Positions 61,306 through 64,000 of a stretch of 64,000 bases of DNA are shown here, in pieces. The position numbers were made by a program, and so were the translations under genes. Source of the stretch: an uncultured Gemmatimonadales bacterium (GTDB lineage: Bacteria; Gemmatimonadota; Gemmatimonadetes; Palauibacterales; Palauibacteraceae). Numbering within the stretch: position 1 is the first letter of the stretch; each line of letters starts with the position of its first letter. The stretch is taken from NCBI GenBank assembly GCA_963783385.1, contig CAWANJ010000001.1:704001-768000 (forward strand). The letters are read 5' to 3'. Under the pieces are notes generated by a model. The model worked only from the letters and a program-made list of their open reading frames with translations, searched no databases and was not told the DNA's origin.

Positions 61306-61407
61306 ACATAACATGACGGCTGCCGCTTCGCCGCCTGCGGCGGCTCGCCCTTCGGGACGCCCGCTCGCTGAGACTCGCGGACGTCGGCAACCGCAAGGAC
61401 GTTAACT
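61306..61407 (+). repeat. attC-like site 31 (family A)
   Basis: ACATAAC...GTTAACT. Confidence 0.85.
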
Positions 61408-61505
61408 GACACCGTACCACCTATGCCGGCGCGAGTTGCAGCTGTCAGTGGCATGGATGGCGGCTAAATTGAGGGCTTGCATGCCCCTTGCCGGAGGATC
61501 GGACC

Positions 61506-62000
61506 ATGGCCGAGTCGAAGCGCCGCCACGCTTTCATTAGCCATCATCATGCCGACGACGAACACGTCGACCGCATGACCTCCCTTCTGAGCCGAGCTGG
61601 GTACGACATCCGCAACAGTTCGATACGTGCCAAGCCTGCTAACCAGCGCCGGTTGGAGGAGGGGCGCGTCTCTGACGCGGTGATCCGACGCCTCCTCCGA
61701 ATGAAGATCTCTTGGGCTGGCACGGTCGTGGTCCTCGTGGGGAAGGACACTCACAGTCGGCAATGGGTGGACTGGGAGATCAACGAGGCTCACCAGCAGG
61801 GTAAGACGATCGTCGGGGTATACACGCGTGGAGGCAAAGAGGCCGACGTGCCAGAGGCCCTTGAAAAGTATGGCTCATCCATCGTTGGTTGGCACTCCGA
61901 TAGCATCATGGCCGCTATCGATGGGCAGGAAAATCGGTTTGAGAACCCTGATGGGACACCGCGAGCGCCCGTCCACGCTGGCCGGTCTGTCAACTGCTAG
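61506..62000 (+). CDS. Cassette 32: TIR-like domain protein (DUF1863/ThsB-like)
   Basis: HAFISH, VVLVG..T..RQWVDWEI. Confidence 0.8.
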   Translation: MAESKRRHAFISHHHADDEHVDRMTSLLSRAGYDIRNSSIRAKPANQRRLEEGRVSDAVIRRLLRMKISWAGTVVVLVGKDTHSRQWVDWEINEAHQQGKTIVGVYTRGGKEADVPEALEKYGSSIVGWHSDSIMAAIDGQENRFENPDGTPRAPVHAGRSVNC

Positions 62001-62005
62001 ATCTG

Positions 62006-62650
62006 ATGCACTGTCTGATGTTTGTGGTCGCCCGAGACTTCGGGTTCGCGCCAAACCCCTTTCACGGCGTCTGTACCCTAGCAACTTGCAAGCCGGTGAT
62101 CCGTCGCGTGGCGAGGATCGGGGACTGGCTCTTCGGGGTCGGTGGTGCTCGTCTGGGCGCCACCGGTCGTCTCATCTTTGCAATGGAAGTCACTGAGACC
62201 CTGACGTTCGACCAATACTGGCAAGATCCACGCTTTCGGCCGAAGCGTCCGGCCCGAAATGGCACTCGGAAGATGCTGGTTGGCGACAACATTTATCACA
62301 GCGATCCGAGTACGGGGCGTTGGGTGCAGGAAGACTCCCACCACAGCAATCCCGACGGCTCGGCAAACGAGGCAAACGTTCAGCATGACACCAAGACTGA
62401 CCGCGTGTTGATTAGCCAGCGATTCTTCTACTTCGGCAAGGCCGCCCCTGACGTGCCAGTGGGCTTGGTGCAGGCTCTGGGCTACGAGAATGGACGTGGG
62501 CACCGCAGGTACACGTTGGATCAGTTCCAGCCCCTGATGCGTTGGCTCGAAGCGGAGTTCGGCAGCTCGTTGAACCGAGTGTCCGGCGATCCTTTCGAGT
62601 TCGAGAGCGGTGAGCGCCGGTACTCAGTTGCCAGCGACAGGGTTACATGA
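62006..62650 (+). CDS. Cassette 32: Nmad2-like nucleotide-modification-associated protein
   Basis: RDFGFAPNPFHGVCTLATCKP.IR...GDW...GDNIY. Confidence 0.75.
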   Translation: MHCLMFVVARDFGFAPNPFHGVCTLATCKPVIRRVARIGDWLFGVGGARLGATGRLIFAMEVTETLTFDQYWQDPRFRPKRPARNGTRKMLVGDNIYHSDPSTGRWVQEDSHHSNPDGSANEANVQHDTKTDRVLISQRFFYFGKAAPDVPVGLVQALGYENGRGHRRYTLDQFQPLMRWLEAEFGSSLNRVSGDPFEFESGERRYSVASDRVT

Positions 62651-62654
62651 CGGT

Positions 62655-63677
62655 ATGGCGTCCTCTTCTAGCGTGCTCTCCGATCTCATGCCGACGGTTG
62701 TCTTCGAGACGTATTGGCGGTTCGCTCATCTTAGGCAGGAGATATACTATGGGCGGCTTCGATCCCTGAGCCCCCCCTGGACGAGCGACTCGATCCTGTC
62801 CACGTATCGGTTCACCAACGCCTTCCGAGCGGCCGATCGTGTCAGTCAGTATCTGATCTCAGAAGTCATCTATCACGACGATCACAGATCCGACACTGCT
62901 GACGACATTGTTCTCCGCGTCCTGCTCTTCAAGATCTTCAACCGGATTGAGACGTGGGAATTGTTGCGCGAGCGGGTCGGGCGGATATCCGCCGCATCCT
63001 TTGAACCAAAACGCTATGCGAGGGTTCTCGAAGAGGAGATGACAGCCGGGCGCCCGATCTATTCAGCGGCCTACATCATGCCGTCACCTCGACAGTTTGG
63101 CGCCAGCCGAAAGCATGAGAACCATCTGGCTCTTCTTGCACAGATGATATCCGACCGGGTCGGACCCCAACTCGCTGACGCGGCAGACATGAGGTCAGCG
63201 TTCTCGATCCTGCGGGCGTATCCGGGCATCGGCGACTTCCTGGCCTATCAGTACGTAACCGACCTCAACTACAGCGAACTGACGGCGTTCTCGGAGAACG
63301 ATTTCGTGGTACCCGGACCCGGTGCCCGAGAGGGTATTAGGAAGGCCTTCTCCAGCACTGCGGGACGAACTGACGCGGACGTAATCCGAATCGTGAGCGA
63401 CGCCCAAGAAGAGCACTTCGCTCGGTTGGATCTGCCCTTCCAGGATCTGTTCGGACGTCCCCTGATGCATATCGATTGCCAGAACCTTTTCTGCGAGGTG
63501 GCGAAGTACTCTCGAGTCGCGCACCCTGGCTTCACCGCCGAGGGGGGACGAAAGCGTATCAAACAGCGTTTCCGGGCGAAGGGGCAGGTGCCGCGACCTT
63601 GGTTCCCGCCGAAATGGGGCATCAACGGTCAGGTAACGGAGGCTCTGGATCGGCAGGGGGAGGACAAATGGAGTTGA
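62655..63677 (+). CDS. Cassette 32: 5-hmdU DNA kinase helical-domain / aGPT-Pplase-like protein
   Basis: PPWT.D.IL..YRFTN.FR..DRVSQ, GPGAREG, DCQNLFCE..KY. Confidence 0.7.
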   Translation: MASSSSVLSDLMPTVVFETYWRFAHLRQEIYYGRLRSLSPPWTSDSILSTYRFTNAFRAADRVSQYLISEVIYHDDHRSDTADDIVLRVLLFKIFNRIETWELLRERVGRISAASFEPKRYARVLEEEMTAGRPIYSAAYIMPSPRQFGASRKHENHLALLAQMISDRVGPQLADAADMRSAFSILRAYPGIGDFLAYQYVTDLNYSELTAFSENDFVVPGPGAREGIRKAFSSTAGRTDADVIRIVSDAQEEHFARLDLPFQDLFGRPLMHIDCQNLFCEVAKYSRVAHPGFTAEGGRKRIKQRFRAKGQVPRPWFPPKWGINGQVTEALDRQGEDKWS

Positions 63678-64000
63678 GCGAGTACCAAGCTTTAGCGCTC
63701 CGGACCGATCAGGCTCCTGCCTCAGAAGGCGTGCCGGAGATAGTGCCCCTGCTCGGACTCGCCGGTGAGGTGGGTGAGCTGCTTAGCGAGTTCAAGAAGC
63801 ATTTGCGCGATGGAGAGGCTTATTGCCTGCATCCGACACGTGTTCAGGAAGAGCTGGGCGACATCCTCTGGTATGTCGCGGCCGTCAGCGATAGATACGG
63901 GCTAGAGCTCGAAGACGTGGCGGCGGCGAACCTAGTCAAGTGCGCCCAGACTTGGTTAGGAAGGAGCAAAGTTCCAGAACCCGCCAGTCTACGCTTCGAT
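63668..64000 (+). CDS. Cassette 32: MazG-like pyrophosphohydrolase, partial
   Basis: GLAGEVGELLSEFKK...EELGDILWY. Confidence 0.8.
   Translation, partial: MELSEYQALALRTDQAPASEGVPEIVPLLGLAGEVGELLSEFKKHLRDGEAYCLHPTRVQEELGDILWYVAAVSDRYGLELEDVAAANLVKCAQTWLGRSKVPEPASLRFD

Larger units (their letters stand above)
37416..64000 (+). mobile_element. Integron-like cassette array, at least 32 cassettes, continuing past window end
   Basis: 31 TAAC...GTTA structured sites delimit units whose 5' GTT core is complementary to their own 3' AAC core. Confidence 0.92.

Overview
High-GC bacterial sequence; the gene content is compatible with Gemmatimonadota, but that is inference only. It has two parts. (1) 1-34.5 kb is mostly housekeeping and metabolic: amidohydrolase, GT2, an M16 peptidase pair, uvrA, marR-doxX-FMN reductase, C1 and S9 peptidases, ABC transporter, waaA, an orphan adenine MTase, infC, leuS, metY, queE, mobile-mystery A/B, a Mo-oxidoreductase pair and ppk2. 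Several of these, including essential leuS, carry frameshifts that are probably sequencing indels. (2) 34.7-64 kb is an integron-like cassette platform with non-canonical parts. A tyrosine recombinase lacking the IntI-specific insertion, but carrying a HARP-like N-terminal extension, lies co-oriented upstream of a putative attI (GTT at 37416) and at least 32 cassettes separated by 31 long, branched attC-like sites (TAAC...GTTA, 93-160 bp). Cassette ends form extended inverted repeats, and 29 of 31 complete cassettes share an A/C mismatch at position 11. Thirteen cassettes are copies of one ORF-less, highly structured ~199-bp element. The others carry toxin-antitoxin, TIR, HEPN-like, nuclease-like, DUF3800 and TIR-Nmad2-hmdU-kinase-MazG genes. 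One attC is split by a 4.6-kb IS1595-family element carrying a restriction-modification gene and a tRNA-like RNA. Coordinates were read by hand, and family assignments come from motif recognition, not database searches.
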